From the NCBI GenBank assembly GCA_036339465.1, contig JAYZAY010000102.1, positions 1-58,247 on the forward strand: 58,247 bases of DNA, in the 5' to 3' direction. The notes under the pieces were generated by a model. It saw only the letters and a list, made by a program, of their open reading frames with translations, made no database searches and was not told the origin of the DNA. Shown in pieces: positions 28,587 to 38,614 of the stretch; the stretch's first letter is position 1, and every line of letters starts with the position of its first letter. The DNA comes from Myxococcota bacterium. GTDB taxonomy: Bacteria; Myxococcota; XYA12-FULL-58-9; JABJBS01. Both the position numbers and the translations under genes were made by a program.

Positions 28587-29492
28587 TCACCCGATGAGGT
28601 GGTAGTTGGCCCCTTCATATTTTCCCCCGGAGCACGCCACTTTCTTTTGCTCACACAAATAAATCAAATGGGACAAGACAGAGCGCGCCGCGGCAGGATG
28701 TAGAAATTCAGGAACATCGACGTACATCTTTCTAACCATTTCTTGAATCCCACAAATTCCTTCACCAAGACATTCCAATACCTGCTGTTCCCGTTCTAGA
28801 CGGTGCTCAATCAATCCCTGAACATGGCGGCGGGGCTCTTCGATTTCGGAACCATGGGTCGGGATATAGAGCTCGTGCTCACAAACCATGAGTCGATTCA
28901 GACTTCTCATGTAATCACCCATATTGCCCTCGGGTGGAGAGACCACGGTGGTGGCCCAACCCATGACGTGGTCACCGGTAAAAAGGAGATTCTCCTCTTC
29001 CAGCTCAAAGCAAAGATGGTCAAGGGTATGTCCGGGGGTATGTAGAACTTTTAAAGTCCAGCCGCTGCCCGTAATTTTATCCCCTTCCTCCAAGGAAATC
29101 GTGGGTTTGAAATCAAAATCAAAGCCCTCCTCCAATACCACCGAATTCCCAATATCATCGGCAGGTGGTCGAATCGAAGACCCATAGATGGGGGCACCTG
29201 TGCGCTGTGACAATTCTACCGCCCCGGATACGTGGTCTAGGTGGCTATGGGTCACAAGGATAGCGCGGATATGGCTGTCTGCTGTTGCCTCTAGCAAGGC
29301 CACTAAATGGGAATCCAACTTCGGTCCTGGGTCGATAATCGCAACCTCATCATCTCCAACAATGTAAGTTCCCGTACCATGCAGGGTGAAAGGACCTGGA
29401 TTCTTTGCCACCAATCGACGTACATTCGAAGTAACCTGTGAAGCCACACCGTACTCAAACACAAGTTCCTTATTGAAATTCAATGTAACCAT
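28587..29492 (-). CDS. MBL-fold metallo-hydrolase (LACTB2-like)
   Basis: NPGPFTLHGTGTY, THSHLDH, HTPGHT, TGDH and PTHG motifs; C-terminal winged-helix-like region. Confidence 0.9.
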   Translation of the reverse strand: MVTLNFNKELVFEYGVASQVTSNVRRLVAKNPGPFTLHGTGTYIVGDDEVAIIDPGPKLDSHLVALLEATADSHIRAILVTHSHLDHVSGAVELSQRTGAPIYGSSIRPPADDIGNSVVLEEGFDFDFKPTISLEEGDKITGSGWTLKVLHTPGHTLDHLCFELEEENLLFTGDHVMGWATTVVSPPEGNMGDYMRSLNRLMVCEHELYIPTHGSEIEEPRRHVQGLIEHRLEREQQVLECLGEGICGIQEMVRKMYVDVPEFLHPAAARSVLSHLIYLCEQKKVACSGGKYEGANYHLIG

Positions 29493-29953
29493 GGGGCCTA
29501 CCTATCTTACCTAGTCGCGAAAAACATCCGGCGGTCAATCGATTTCTAAAATTTGCTCTGCTCGAAACTCCAAACCTCTTATCAAAGCCCTAAGATACGC
29601 GATACTCCTCGTTGCGTATCATCTAGGCGACATTGATCAGCCTCCTTTGGTGTTTTCTATTTTTCGTTGCCTGTGGAAGTTGCGAACGGCTCAAGATGCC
29701 AAGATCCCATTGGCAATGAAATGTCATAGCGGCAATGCGAGCGATCATCTATTCCAAAAAGCAGCAAGCAAGAGCAGCACTTTGCCCAAAAAGCACTGAC
29801 GGATAAAGAGGCTTGGCCCCCTCTGTCAGGGTAGTTGTCGGTGAAGGTATTCGCTATCAAAAAATGACGCTTTATTCAATCTGCCCATTTTTTCGTTGCA
29901 ACTCCAAACTAAGGCAAAATCCAAATGCGCAAAATGAACTTCGGCAGGAGGAC

Positions 29954-30916
29954 TCAAGGTGCCTGTTTTTCCAAAGTGATTGGACCAAAGGCAGATTGCC
30001 CACCCCGCCCATCCCGAACAACCAGCCAAATCGTCAACTCTGTTACAGGCTCGCTTTCTTCTTCAAAAGACAAAACATTGCGAGTCTCCAACCCACTTCT
30101 TCGATCCACTTCCCAAGCACCACGACTCGACCTAAACGAAATAGTGACCTCCTCTAGTTCCGGAACCTCTGTATTTTGGTCAAAATACGATTCGGTCGAT
30201 GCTGCATTGACCACCACTTCTACAACAAGTTCACTCCGAGTAAATGCAAGGCTACCGCCGGGGGTCACTGCACTTCCATTGATCGAAACAGACTCAATCA
30301 CAGGGGGGGAATTGACTCCTGTGGGTACCGCCTGAAAATATTGGGGAAGTTCTTTCACCGAGACTCCCTTAAATCCGGAGGCAGCCTCGAAACGATGAAT
30401 AATGGATATTTTGATGAATTCAGCAGTCTTCTGACCATTTGAGCCACTATCCCCAGAAACATCACCCAGGATAACGCCTGACTCACTTAAACTCTGTAGA
30501 CACGCAATAGCTAAATCAAAGGGCACAAATGTAACACTCTCTTGATCATCGTTGGGGGTGAGCTCGGTCACACAAGCATCAATGGCACACTGGTACGCGA
30601 AACTCGAGCCTAGGCTCACGGGACAAAAAGACCAGCTCTCTGTCTCTACACTCTCACCGGACGGAACATATAAAACCCGCTTCACGGTCAAATGCTCACC
30701 TGGCCCAACTGCCAATGGGGATGCCTCAAGGGTAAGAAGACGGATCTCCTGAAGAGAAGACCTTTTTTGAAAATCTTTCGTACACCCAGAAAAAAGAAAC
30801 AAAAAAGAAATATTGGCAAGAAGAAAAGTCCTATTTACCCGCCCCGCTAAGCCTCTCAACCAACCTTGCGCGGTCGCAGGGAATGTGACCGAATTGCATT
30901 TAAAGCCACAGAGCAT
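29954..30916 (-). CDS. Hypothetical lipoprotein coupled to the TonB-dependent receptor
   Basis: Lipobox LFSGC followed by ..FQKRSSLQEIRLLTLEASP; C-terminal IWLVVRDGRGG; TGATG overlap with the receptor stop. Start uncertain. Confidence 0.7.
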   Translation of the reverse strand: MLCGFKCNSVTFPATAQGWLRGLAGRVNRTFLLANISFLFLFSGCTKDFQKRSSLQEIRLLTLEASPLAVGPGEHLTVKRVLYVPSGESVETESWSFCPVSLGSSFAYQCAIDACVTELTPNDDQESVTFVPFDLAIACLQSLSESGVILGDVSGDSGSNGQKTAEFIKISIIHRFEAASGFKGVSVKELPQYFQAVPTGVNSPPVIESVSINGSAVTPGGSLAFTRSELVVEVVVNAASTESYFDQNTEVPELEEVTISFRSSRGAWEVDRRSGLETRNVLSFEEESEPVTELTIWLVVRDGRGGQSAFGPITLEKQAP

Positions 30917-33561
30917 CACCACTCTCCTTTCAAACCCAAAATGGGCAACAGTGGTAAGCCACTCACAACATCACGCTCCCTAAAATCATAATTATAGCTC
31001 CACCCCTCTTGGTTTTTCCGGTTCGTCGCATTTTGAATATCCAAATACAGGTTTAACTTCCATGTTTCAAAGGTCCATATATAATCAGCCCGTAAGTCGA
31101 TCTGAAAAAATGCATCCAAACGCGCACTGTTATTGCCACCAAAAACCGGCACGAATACATCAGCGTCTGCATTGTAGATGGATGACACAATCGGCGTATC
31201 CGGATTTCCCGAAAGAAGCCTAATCCGGGCTCCAAATATCCAGCCTGTGGTCGCTTTCCACGAAGTCACAAAGGTCAAATTGTGGGGTTGGTCAAAATCA
31301 AAAGGCCTCTCCATTTCTCCTTCTCGGTCTCGCCGTAATGAGCGAGAAAAGGAGTATGCCAGCCAACCACTCAGAGACGAAATGGGATTGAAACGCAGTA
31401 GAACCTCCGCACCATATACCCTTCCCTCTCCTGAATTCACATAACGCTCAGCATTCTGGTCGAAAAAGCTCGTCACCCCATTTCCAACGATGCGGTCAAG
31501 CCATTTATGAAAAATAGAGGTCTCCAATTCAAAACCCATGGGTAGAGTGTGCTCGTATCCCATAGAAAGGTGGAGACTGCGTTCTGGCTTCAAAGCGGGA
31601 GTTCCAAAAATTGGGTCACTTTCCCAAGGATCCGTAGGGCGCTGATAAAGCCCCAACCCAAAAGCCAATTGCCCATCTTCGGTTATGCGCCACCTCGCTA
31701 AAAACCGAGGGTCAAAAGCTATAAAGTCAATATCTTGGTAGTAGTCGAATCGTAAACTCGGAACAATCTCAAATCCTTCGGCCGGTTTCCAGGCAAATTC
31801 AATAAAAGCGCCTGGACTGATGGAGTCTAGCCTTTGAGTGAGAAACGTTTTTTCCTGGGTGGATGTCGGAATTCGATTGGTTCCTTCCTGAGGGGGCCGG
31901 GGAGAATTCAGGGAGATATTTACGTGAAAGAATCGAATATCCAGCCCACCTCTAAGTTTTAATTGTTCTAAGATCGGGATTGTGATCTGATTCCTGAAAT
32001 CGATATCCTTCACATTCAAATTGAAAAAGAAGCTTGGCCCCAATTGAAAATTAATCGCGGTCACCCCTGATTGGATAGACGTGTTCTGTTCAATCCCACT
32101 CGTATATCTAGATCTGTAGCTAGCCTGGATTTTATGAAACATGGTGCGTGCGGTTAAGTCCCCACGAACCGCCGGATCATCACCGGGATCTTTAAAGAGG
32201 AACTTCAATCGGTCTAGGGACCCAAAAAACATAAACCGAGCTTGGTCATATTGATTGAACTTTTTGGCCGCGATGAATTGGTAATCGTAATAACGCGGGG
32301 CCGTGTTAAAACTGATGGCCGCATCTTCAGGAAAAACCGCGGGCAGGATTGTATCAATATAGGATCGGTGAAATGCACCACCCATAGTCCAATCGTCTTT
32401 AAGGGGACCTTCGAGAGCAAAACCCGCATCATAAAGGTTAAAATCAATGTTACCCCTGAAAACTTCAGAATCTAAGTCGCGTACTTTAACTTCAACCACC
32501 CCCCCCGTGGCCCTGCCAAATTCGGAACCAAAATTACTGGGCACAAAGTTAAGGGAATCAACAAAAGCGCTGTTGAATGCACTTCTCAAACCACCGAAGT
32601 GATAAATAAGGGGGATTTCATGCCCCTCCAAAAGGACCAAACTATCACCTGGGTTAGCGCCGCGCAGCACCAAATCCCCTCCACTAAACTGAGTGCGGTT
32701 GGTCCCCGGAAGATTTTCTATCACCTTCAGGGTATCCCCTTGGGTCCCGGCAATCAGGAGAATTTGCTCCCGGGGAATCACTCGTTTGGTGACTTCACGT
32801 TTGACTCGGCGGCCACGAATGTAGGAGCGAAAGGCGTTGGAGGTCTCTTGCAGATAAAAGACCAACTCCAAAACCTCGTCTGCCCTAAGCTCGAGGGTTT
32901 CCTCTAAACTTTCATGGGCAATGGGTCTTGCCAGCAGTAAGGGTGAACCGGGAAGCCCCCTAAGCTCTACCCAACCATCGTTGCCGGTCATCGCTTCAAA
33001 TAGAACATCGGGCCCTAATTTGAGAACGACTGGAACATTGCCCAAAGGCTTCCGGGTGCCGCGCTCCAGCAAACGAACTTTAAGCTGAACGGGTGGTGGC
33101 GGAGGAGGCGGAGGCTCGGTAATAACCATTCGATAAAAAATAGTGATGGCCGTCGATTCTCCATTGGATAAAATGGCAGGTGTAAATTTAAAGAAACTAA
33201 CCGCCTCTTTCGCAGCCGTATCAAAAACCACGCCTGCAGATTTCACCACTCGGATTTCGGTCACCTCGCCCAAGGAATCGATCTCAAGCTTGAGTTCGAC
33301 CACCATTTCAGGTTGGGGAAACTTGGTCTCTCCAGGTAAAACCGCATCCCGGCCTTCCAGCAAAGCGGGGGGCTTGGCTAGAGTCAGGGGCCTATCTGCA
33401 CCTTGGTTTTGTGCTTTCTGCTCAGCCCCATCTGCACTTTGGAGATCTTCCTGGGCAAAGGCAATCCCCAAATTTGTGACAAAGCCTAAGAAGGGCACAA
33501 GTAAGCCGAAAGGCTTGAGCACCCGAGCTAACATCACAAACACTACCATGGGATAATCCAC
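30916..33561 (-). CDS. TonB-dependent outer-membrane receptor with fused N-terminal TonB C-terminal-like domain
   Basis: Signal peptide; TonB_C-like LKLEIDSLGEV...FDTAAKEAVSFFKFTPA; poly-Pro linker; plug (GTQGDTLKVIENLPG, LVLRG, HFGG, FGRATGGVV); beta-barrel ending LGLKGEW. Confidence 0.88.
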   Translation of the reverse strand: MDYPMVVFVMLARVLKPFGLLVPFLGFVTNLGIAFAQEDLQSADGAEQKAQNQGADRPLTLAKPPALLEGRDAVLPGETKFPQPEMVVELKLEIDSLGEVTEIRVVKSAGVVFDTAAKEAVSFFKFTPAILSNGESTAITIFYRMVITEPPPPPPPPVQLKVRLLERGTRKPLGNVPVVLKLGPDVLFEAMTGNDGWVELRGLPGSPLLLARPIAHESLEETLELRADEVLELVFYLQETSNAFRSYIRGRRVKREVTKRVIPREQILLIAGTQGDTLKVIENLPGTNRTQFSGGDLVLRGANPGDSLVLLEGHEIPLIYHFGGLRSAFNSAFVDSLNFVPSNFGSEFGRATGGVVEVKVRDLDSEVFRGNIDFNLYDAGFALEGPLKDDWTMGGAFHRSYIDTILPAVFPEDAAISFNTAPRYYDYQFIAAKKFNQYDQARFMFFGSLDRLKFLFKDPGDDPAVRGDLTARTMFHKIQASYRSRYTSGIEQNTSIQSGVTAINFQLGPSFFFNLNVKDIDFRNQITIPILEQLKLRGGLDIRFFHVNISLNSPRPPQEGTNRIPTSTQEKTFLTQRLDSISPGAFIEFAWKPAEGFEIVPSLRFDYYQDIDFIAFDPRFLARWRITEDGQLAFGLGLYQRPTDPWESDPIFGTPALKPERSLHLSMGYEHTLPMGFELETSIFHKWLDRIVGNGVTSFFDQNAERYVNSGEGRVYGAEVLLRFNPISSLSGWLAYSFSRSLRRDREGEMERPFDFDQPHNLTFVTSWKATTGWIFGARIRLLSGNPDTPIVSSIYNADADVFVPVFGGNNSARLDAFFQIDLRADYIWTFETWKLNLYLDIQNATNRKNQEGWSYNYDFRERDVVSGLPLLPILGLKGEW

Positions 33562-33681
33562 CTTCCCTCACAAAATCGCGCCCTGCTTCCTGTCGCACAA
33601 CGCTCTTGATTTGGATATTCTATCTAGCTCATTGATCCAAGAAAACAATGAAGGCGAGCATGGCCATAATAGCTTACATCG

Positions 33682-34023
33682 TCAACCGTCTCTTCCCCCC
33701 CCTTCTACACTCTCAAAACGCTCTTGATCGAGCGCCGTCTTTAGAGAGTGGAAAAGACGCTCGGCAGACCCATGCTCATACAGCCACAGACCAGGCCATC
33801 TAAGCCCTTGGGCATCGGCCAACCAGGTCGTTGACATAGCTCCCCCAAGCTCTGGTTGAGTGGTGGCTAGATGAATATTGTGATCTCCAGAAACTCTGCG
33901 TAGGTGCCAACGACTGCGACAACGAGCATGGCCGAGAGCCACCGGAAAATCCTCTCCACGAAAAACACGGCGAAAAAAATAAGCCGCGACTTTCTTGGAA
34001 AAACTTCTCCCCTCATTTATCAT
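33682..34023 (-). CDS. Hypothetical protein
   Basis: 113-aa ORF filling the gap between the receptor and the RHH gene; no motif recognised. Confidence 0.35.
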   Translation of the reverse strand: MINEGRSFSKKVAAYFFRRVFRGEDFPVALGHARCRSRWHLRRVSGDHNIHLATTQPELGGAMSTTWLADAQGLRWPGLWLYEHGSAERLFHSLKTALDQERFESVEGGGRDG

Positions 34024-34061
34024 CCTATCAACATGTAAACATGATGATTTCTGGAGATTTC

Positions 34062-34298
34062 ATGAATTCCAATCAAACCAATCGAGGCGCGGCCCCCATC
34101 AAGGCTATCAAGGCCAATTTGAAACGCGCCACCTATTACTTGCGTCCGGAGCAAATCAAATCATTGAAAATCAAAGCAGTTCACATGGAACGCCCGGTGT
34201 CAGAGCTTCTTCGAGAAGCCATCGATCTTTACCTAAGTCAAAATCCGGCCCGACGACCTGCCAATCAAAGACTAAACGAATTCTTGTCCGTGGATTAA
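34062..34298 (+). CDS. Ribbon-helix-helix (CopG-like) DNA-binding protein
   Basis: KRATYYL beta-strand + RPEQIKSLK...RPVSELLREAIDLYL helices; GGAGA RBS at 34053-34057. Confidence 0.75.
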   Translation: MNSNQTNRGAAPIKAIKANLKRATYYLRPEQIKSLKIKAVHMERPVSELLREAIDLYLSQNPARRPANQRLNEFLSVD

Positions 34299-34431
34299 CG
34301 TGAGACGTGATTGAACCCGATCACGAATCAAAGAAGCATTCGGATTCACGTCGTTATCATATCTAAACATCCGCGATAGAGTCAGTCCGCGGAGTCACTT
34401 TGTAAACATTAAAACATATCAGAAAATCAAC

Positions 34432-35097
34432 TTAGATGTGACCACCTGCTTGTTGCACAATCTCTCTCATTAATGCGTCGCCACCAAAATGATAGTTCGT
34501 AATGGAAATCCCCACCCCCACAGGTTTAGCTAGAGCGTTAAATTCGTCCACCACATAAGCGACAACCCCTTGTGTATGCACGACCCGCATCACCTCTAGG
34601 AGATGCATCGTAAAATAAATCGGCTTACCCACCTCAAACACTTTTTTGGTTGGAATGAAAATCGTATTATTCCGGATATTTTTCTCGTACTCCATCACAA
34701 AATGCCAACGAGTTTCAAAGCTAACGTGGAGGTCCTCCTTATGCTTGGGCTTATTTTCATGGCTATCGAGCTCTCTAACAACCTTTTCTAAAAGTGCGAC
34801 ATAGTCTGGATTTCTCTCCTGGATCTCAAGGCCCACGGCGTAACCAGGCTTTGACAAGTTGGCGCGCTTTGAACGTCGACACCAGCGCACTTTCCCCTTA
34901 AGGACAACTGGAAGTCTTCCAACCTTTATTTCAAGAACAATATCCTCGTTTGTGGACATGCTTTGCTTAGCTGAAAATGACAAACCTGTAGAAGAGATGT
35001 CGAGTGTAAAACCCAGTATCCGACCACTTTTCGTTTTGGCCGTGACCGGGTAGCGACGTTCGAAACGTTGGTTCTTCCGGTCCTGCAGCGTGGCCAA
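34432..35097 (-). CDS. Tandem PilZ-domain protein
   Basis: RFERR and DISSTG c-di-GMP motifs in domain 1; degenerate myxobacterial-type PilZ in domain 2; AAGGAAGG RBS before the TTG start. Confidence 0.85.
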   Translation of the reverse strand: MATLQDRKNQRFERRYPVTAKTKSGRILGFTLDISSTGLSFSAKQSMSTNEDIVLEIKVGRLPVVLKGKVRWCRRSKRANLSKPGYAVGLEIQERNPDYVALLEKVVRELDSHENKPKHKEDLHVSFETRWHFVMEYEKNIRNNTIFIPTKKVFEVGKPIYFTMHLLEVMRVVHTQGVVAYVVDEFNALAKPVGVGISITNYHFGGDALMREIVQQAGGHI

Positions 35098-35393
35098 TGT
35101 CCTTCCTTGGTGTACCTAGGATCATTGTAGCCTGGCTATTTACCCCAACACAAGCATGTCAATCTTTCCCGGCCTCAAAGGCCACAGCCCAACGCTTAAG
35201 GATTATATGAAAAACTGACGCGGACTAGAATTCAAAAGAAACTCAAATAAAATACAACTCTGATTCGCTTTTGAAAAAGCCCTTTACTCAACAAAAGTCA
35301 AAACAACGCAACGAGTCACGATGCTGACATAGCAACAAAGACACAATGGCCACATAGTTCAGAGCGAACTCAGCCCATTCGCCGCTGAAATAC

Positions 35394-35431
35394 AAAAAGT
35401 GACCCACCCGCTTCGATTTCCGAGCGGTGGG
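35394..35431 (-). terminator. Putative intrinsic terminator downstream of argB
   Basis: Minus strand reads CCCACCGCTCG-GAAAT-CGAAGCGGGTGGG (bulged GC-rich stem) followed by TCACTTTTT. Confidence 0.4.
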
Positions 35432-35611
35432 AATGTTAAAAGACTTTGGCTCAAACTCCCCTGATCACACCTACAGCCCACCACCTCGAAACATAAGAGA
35501 AGGGAGCGAGCGAGAAAGTGAAAAAACCAGGAGACACAAGGTCAGCTTGTTTACACATTTACAAGACAACAATGCAGACAACACGAAAGGCGAACGTACC
35601 CACACAAAAAC

Positions 35612-36520
35612 CTAGCCCGCCTCCCGATGCTTTTCCATGGATTTCACAACCATGGTTCCACAACCTTCATTGGTAAATATTTCTTCCAATAAAGCACCTT
35701 CTCGATTTGAATCCACTAGGTGCACACGTTGAATGCCCCCTTCGAGTGCTGTTTTCACCGCTACGACTTTCGGTCGCATTCCCCCCTGAAGCATGCCTTC
35801 CCCATCGAGGCGATCCAATTGAGGCAAGTCCGTAAGAGGCATTAGACTACACTTGTCCTCAGGATTACGGAGAATACCAGGCACATTGGTTACCAAAACT
35901 AGTTTTTCTGCCCCCAAGGCCACAGCCAATTGAGCTGCTGCTGTATCGGCATTACAATTTAAGATATCCCCATTTTCACCCACGACTAACGGCGTTAAGA
36001 CGGGAATAAGCCCCGCTTCTAGAGCAACTTCGATGGCACTGGTATCCACTCGAACAATGTCCCCAACCTCTCCGAAATCCACGGTCTTCATCTCACCTGC
36101 ATCCGTCTTAATCTCAACCGGTGGTCGACGTTTTGCCTGGAGCATTAAACCATCCACGCCGCTCAATCCCAGAGCTTTTTCTCCCTCTTGAGCTAAAGCT
36201 TGTACCAATCGTAAATTAATATCACCCCGAAACACTTTTTTCGCCGCCTCTAAAATCGCCGGCGATGTCACGCGGCGCCCTGCGATCCTCTCAACGTTCA
36301 ATCCATGGGTTTTACAGTACTCATCGAGCTGAGGCCCCCCCCCATGAACCACCATGGTTTTGATGTTAAGACGATGTAAAGTTGCAATATCCCGTGCAAT
36401 CCATCTGAGTCGTTTTGTGTCTTGGGCCAACTCTCCCCCAAGTTTCACCACAAAGATCTTATCTTGATAGGCTCTTAGATACGGAATTGCATCGAGCAGT
36501 AAAATATCCCTCATCATCAT
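35612..36520 (-). CDS. argB: Acetylglutamate kinase
   Basis: AIPYL..YQDKIFVVKLGG, VHGGGPQ, GRRVT, NCNADT, GGMRPKV and EEIFTNEGCGT motifs; AAAGGAA RBS before ATG 36520. Confidence 0.95.
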   Translation of the reverse strand: MMMRDILLLDAIPYLRAYQDKIFVVKLGGELAQDTKRLRWIARDIATLHRLNIKTMVVHGGGPQLDEYCKTHGLNVERIAGRRVTSPAILEAAKKVFRGDINLRLVQALAQEGEKALGLSGVDGLMLQAKRRPPVEIKTDAGEMKTVDFGEVGDIVRVDTSAIEVALEAGLIPVLTPLVVGENGDILNCNADTAAAQLAVALGAEKLVLVTNVPGILRNPEDKCSLMPLTDLPQLDRLDGEGMLQGGMRPKVVAVKTALEGGIQRVHLVDSNREGALLEEIFTNEGCGTMVVKSMEKHREAG

Positions 36521-36534
36521 CGTTCCTTTTCTAC

Positions 36535-37503
36535 TTACGGCAACGCCGCAATTGTAGGCAGTCCTTTCATCATGGACCATCCGAAATGTAAATTCAGACA
36601 CTGAATCGCTTGACCACTGGCCCCTTTACCTAAGTTATCGAGTGCACCAATCACATATGCATGATCTCCTTGACTAAAAACAGCCACGTCAACCCACGAA
36701 GTTCCTCGAACCCATCGAATTTCGGGAGATTGCTCTCGGAGACGAACTCCGGAATTTTCTCCATAGAACTCTTTGTACAAATGAATCAGCTCTGCACGTG
36801 CCTTCAACTCCTTTAGAGGAATAATACAGGTTGCGAGAATTCCTCGGTCCACCGGTGCGGAAATTGGCACCATCCGGACCTCAGTGGTCTCCCCCCCTAT
36901 TTCTCGTAACATGCTTTCCACTTCTGAAACATGCTGGTGGGTTAGAATTTTATAGGCCTTAAGATTCGCAAATCGCTCCGGATGATGACCACTCTTGCTA
37001 GGATTGGTCCCCAAACCCGTAGAACCCGTCGCCGCGACCACCTGAATTGGACCAGACACCAACCTCTTTTTACAAAGAGGGGCACATGCGATTTGGATCG
37101 CCGTCGCGAAACAACCCGGCACCGCAATTCGGTTTGATTCGCTAAAATGTTCGCTTTGAAATTCGGCCAAACCATAAAGCCAACCAGCAACGTGTCGGTG
37201 ATCTCGAGAAAGGTCGATGATCAGTCTTGGATGGTGCTCTTCGAGCATTGCCACCATTTCAGCACCACGGCCATGGGGAACAGCCAAGAAAACCGCATCC
37301 AATTTGGCCAAACTCTGACCATCAAAATCAGCGGTTTCGAGGGAAGTAACGCCACTTAAGCAAGGATGAATCTCATCGATGCGTTCACCTGACCGTGACG
37401 AGGAAACAACCTGGGCCAATTCGAGCTCCGGATGATTAAGAACATGCCGAATAAGCTCACCTGCGGTGTAGCCTGTGGCTCCAACAATACCCACCCTTTT
37501 CAT
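36535..37503 (-). CDS. argC: N-acetyl-gamma-glutamyl-phosphate reductase
   Basis: VGATGYTAGEL, PGCFAT (catalytic Cys), HQH, RGIL and DNLGKGASGQAIQ motifs. Confidence 0.95.
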   Translation of the reverse strand: MKRVGIVGATGYTAGELIRHVLNHPELELAQVVSSSRSGERIDEIHPCLSGVTSLETADFDGQSLAKLDAVFLAVPHGRGAEMVAMLEEHHPRLIIDLSRDHRHVAGWLYGLAEFQSEHFSESNRIAVPGCFATAIQIACAPLCKKRLVSGPIQVVAATGSTGLGTNPSKSGHHPERFANLKAYKILTHQHVSEVESMLREIGGETTEVRMVPISAPVDRGILATCIIPLKELKARAELIHLYKEFYGENSGVRLREQSPEIRWVRGTSWVDVAVFSQGDHAYVIGALDNLGKGASGQAIQCLNLHFGWSMMKGLPTIAALP

Positions 37504-38549
37504 AGAAGCTCCTTCAGCGACGCTAAAAGAGTGTCTGTAAGTTTATCCGGTTCTGTACGTGCATTGGCCGCGGCGACGTTTGTAAGTTTTGTAATAGCAT
37601 CTGCCCCCGCCGCGTTGTCTGTGGCTGGCCCCGTGATAAGCTCTGGTTCCCAATCCCGTTCCCGAAACCACTGAACCGCGCCCCACGCGCCCACCGGATC
37701 ATTGGCTGCCAACATCAAGGCGCCGGCGCAGCGCTTAAATTGAGGCGCTTCAAGAATCTTATCCACTCCATAAGTTCCCATAATGCCATCTCCTAGCTCG
37801 ATTACCAGGAGATCATACTCTTCACGGTCCGCTAGATAATTAATACAACTCGCGGCAATATCCGTAACATTACCATGGGCTGTAGAAGGAAAGCCTACGT
37901 CGGCAAAAGTAACGGCTTCAACAGCTCCGTGGTCTCGCATTTCAAGAGAATCTCTTCTCAAAGCGACACCGGTAACCTTCGCAGCCCCAACCTTCAAACC
38001 TCGACGCGTTACCTCGCGGATAAATATACAAGCCGCACTGGTTTTACCCGCATGCATACATGTACCCGCAACCCATAAAATAGGCGGCAACTTTTCGTGA
38101 ACCTCATTCACCAAGGGAATACTGCCGGGAAAAATGTTGGCCGGCTCACCAACCCGACTACCCAAATTGGGAAAGCGCATAATCGCGCCTAATACTTCCA
38201 CACGACAGGGGGGACCAACATCTGGATTGACAGACGTGCATGACCCAATAACCCCTCCCGTGTTTAGGATATGTAAGGTATCGCCTTTCTGGATTTTCTT
38301 GGGAACAATCCCCGCATAACCTCGCAGGGCATTTCGTGCCCCCACCACACCAGCCATAAGATCGCCCGCTTGGACCGGCATCATACGCCCATAGCAATCT
38401 TCGATAGAATTGTAGGTGCTCTTGGTGTCGAGTACTCTAACCGCCAAAACTGTCCCTGCTACAGCCGGAATAGTCTCGCCCAAAACCACCTCATCATGGA
38501 GTCCTATATTTCGGGTAGACGATGCTATCTTGTTCAATCTTATTTTCAT
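37500..38549 (-). CDS. DUF1611/DgcN-like protein; candidate alternative N-acetylglutamate synthase
   Basis: GARNALRGYAG, GGVIG, P-loop-like VAGTCMHAGKT, AAKVTGV, D.GFPST and ELGDGI patterns resemble DUF1611-family proteins; ATGA overlap with argC. Confidence 0.7.
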   Translation of the reverse strand: MKIRLNKIASSTRNIGLHDEVVLGETIPAVAGTVLAVRVLDTKSTYNSIEDCYGRMMPVQAGDLMAGVVGARNALRGYAGIVPKKIQKGDTLHILNTGGVIGSCTSVNPDVGPPCRVEVLGAIMRFPNLGSRVGEPANIFPGSIPLVNEVHEKLPPILWVAGTCMHAGKTSAACIFIREVTRRGLKVGAAKVTGVALRRDSLEMRDHGAVEAVTFADVGFPSTAHGNVTDIAASCINYLADREEYDLLVIELGDGIMGTYGVDKILEAPQFKRCAGALMLAANDPVGAWGAVQWFRERDWEPELITGPATDNAAGADAITKLTNVAAANARTEPDKLTDTLLASLKELL

Positions 38550-38614
38550 CTAAGGCCCTCACTTTCCAGAATATCATCGGGCTATTCGTTCGATAAGTCG
38601 ACGCTTTCATTTAA

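Noticed and set aside
29493..29953. ncRNA or small gene in the 460-bp gap (hairpin GATACGC...GCGTATC at 29594-29620)
   Set aside because: Only short motif-less ORFs and one 7-bp stem without a U-tract; not enough to call.
33562..33681. Cobalamin riboswitch or Fur box upstream of the TonB receptor
   Set aside because: I could not recognise a B12 box or Fur consensus. An Rfam scan would be needed to exclude it fully.
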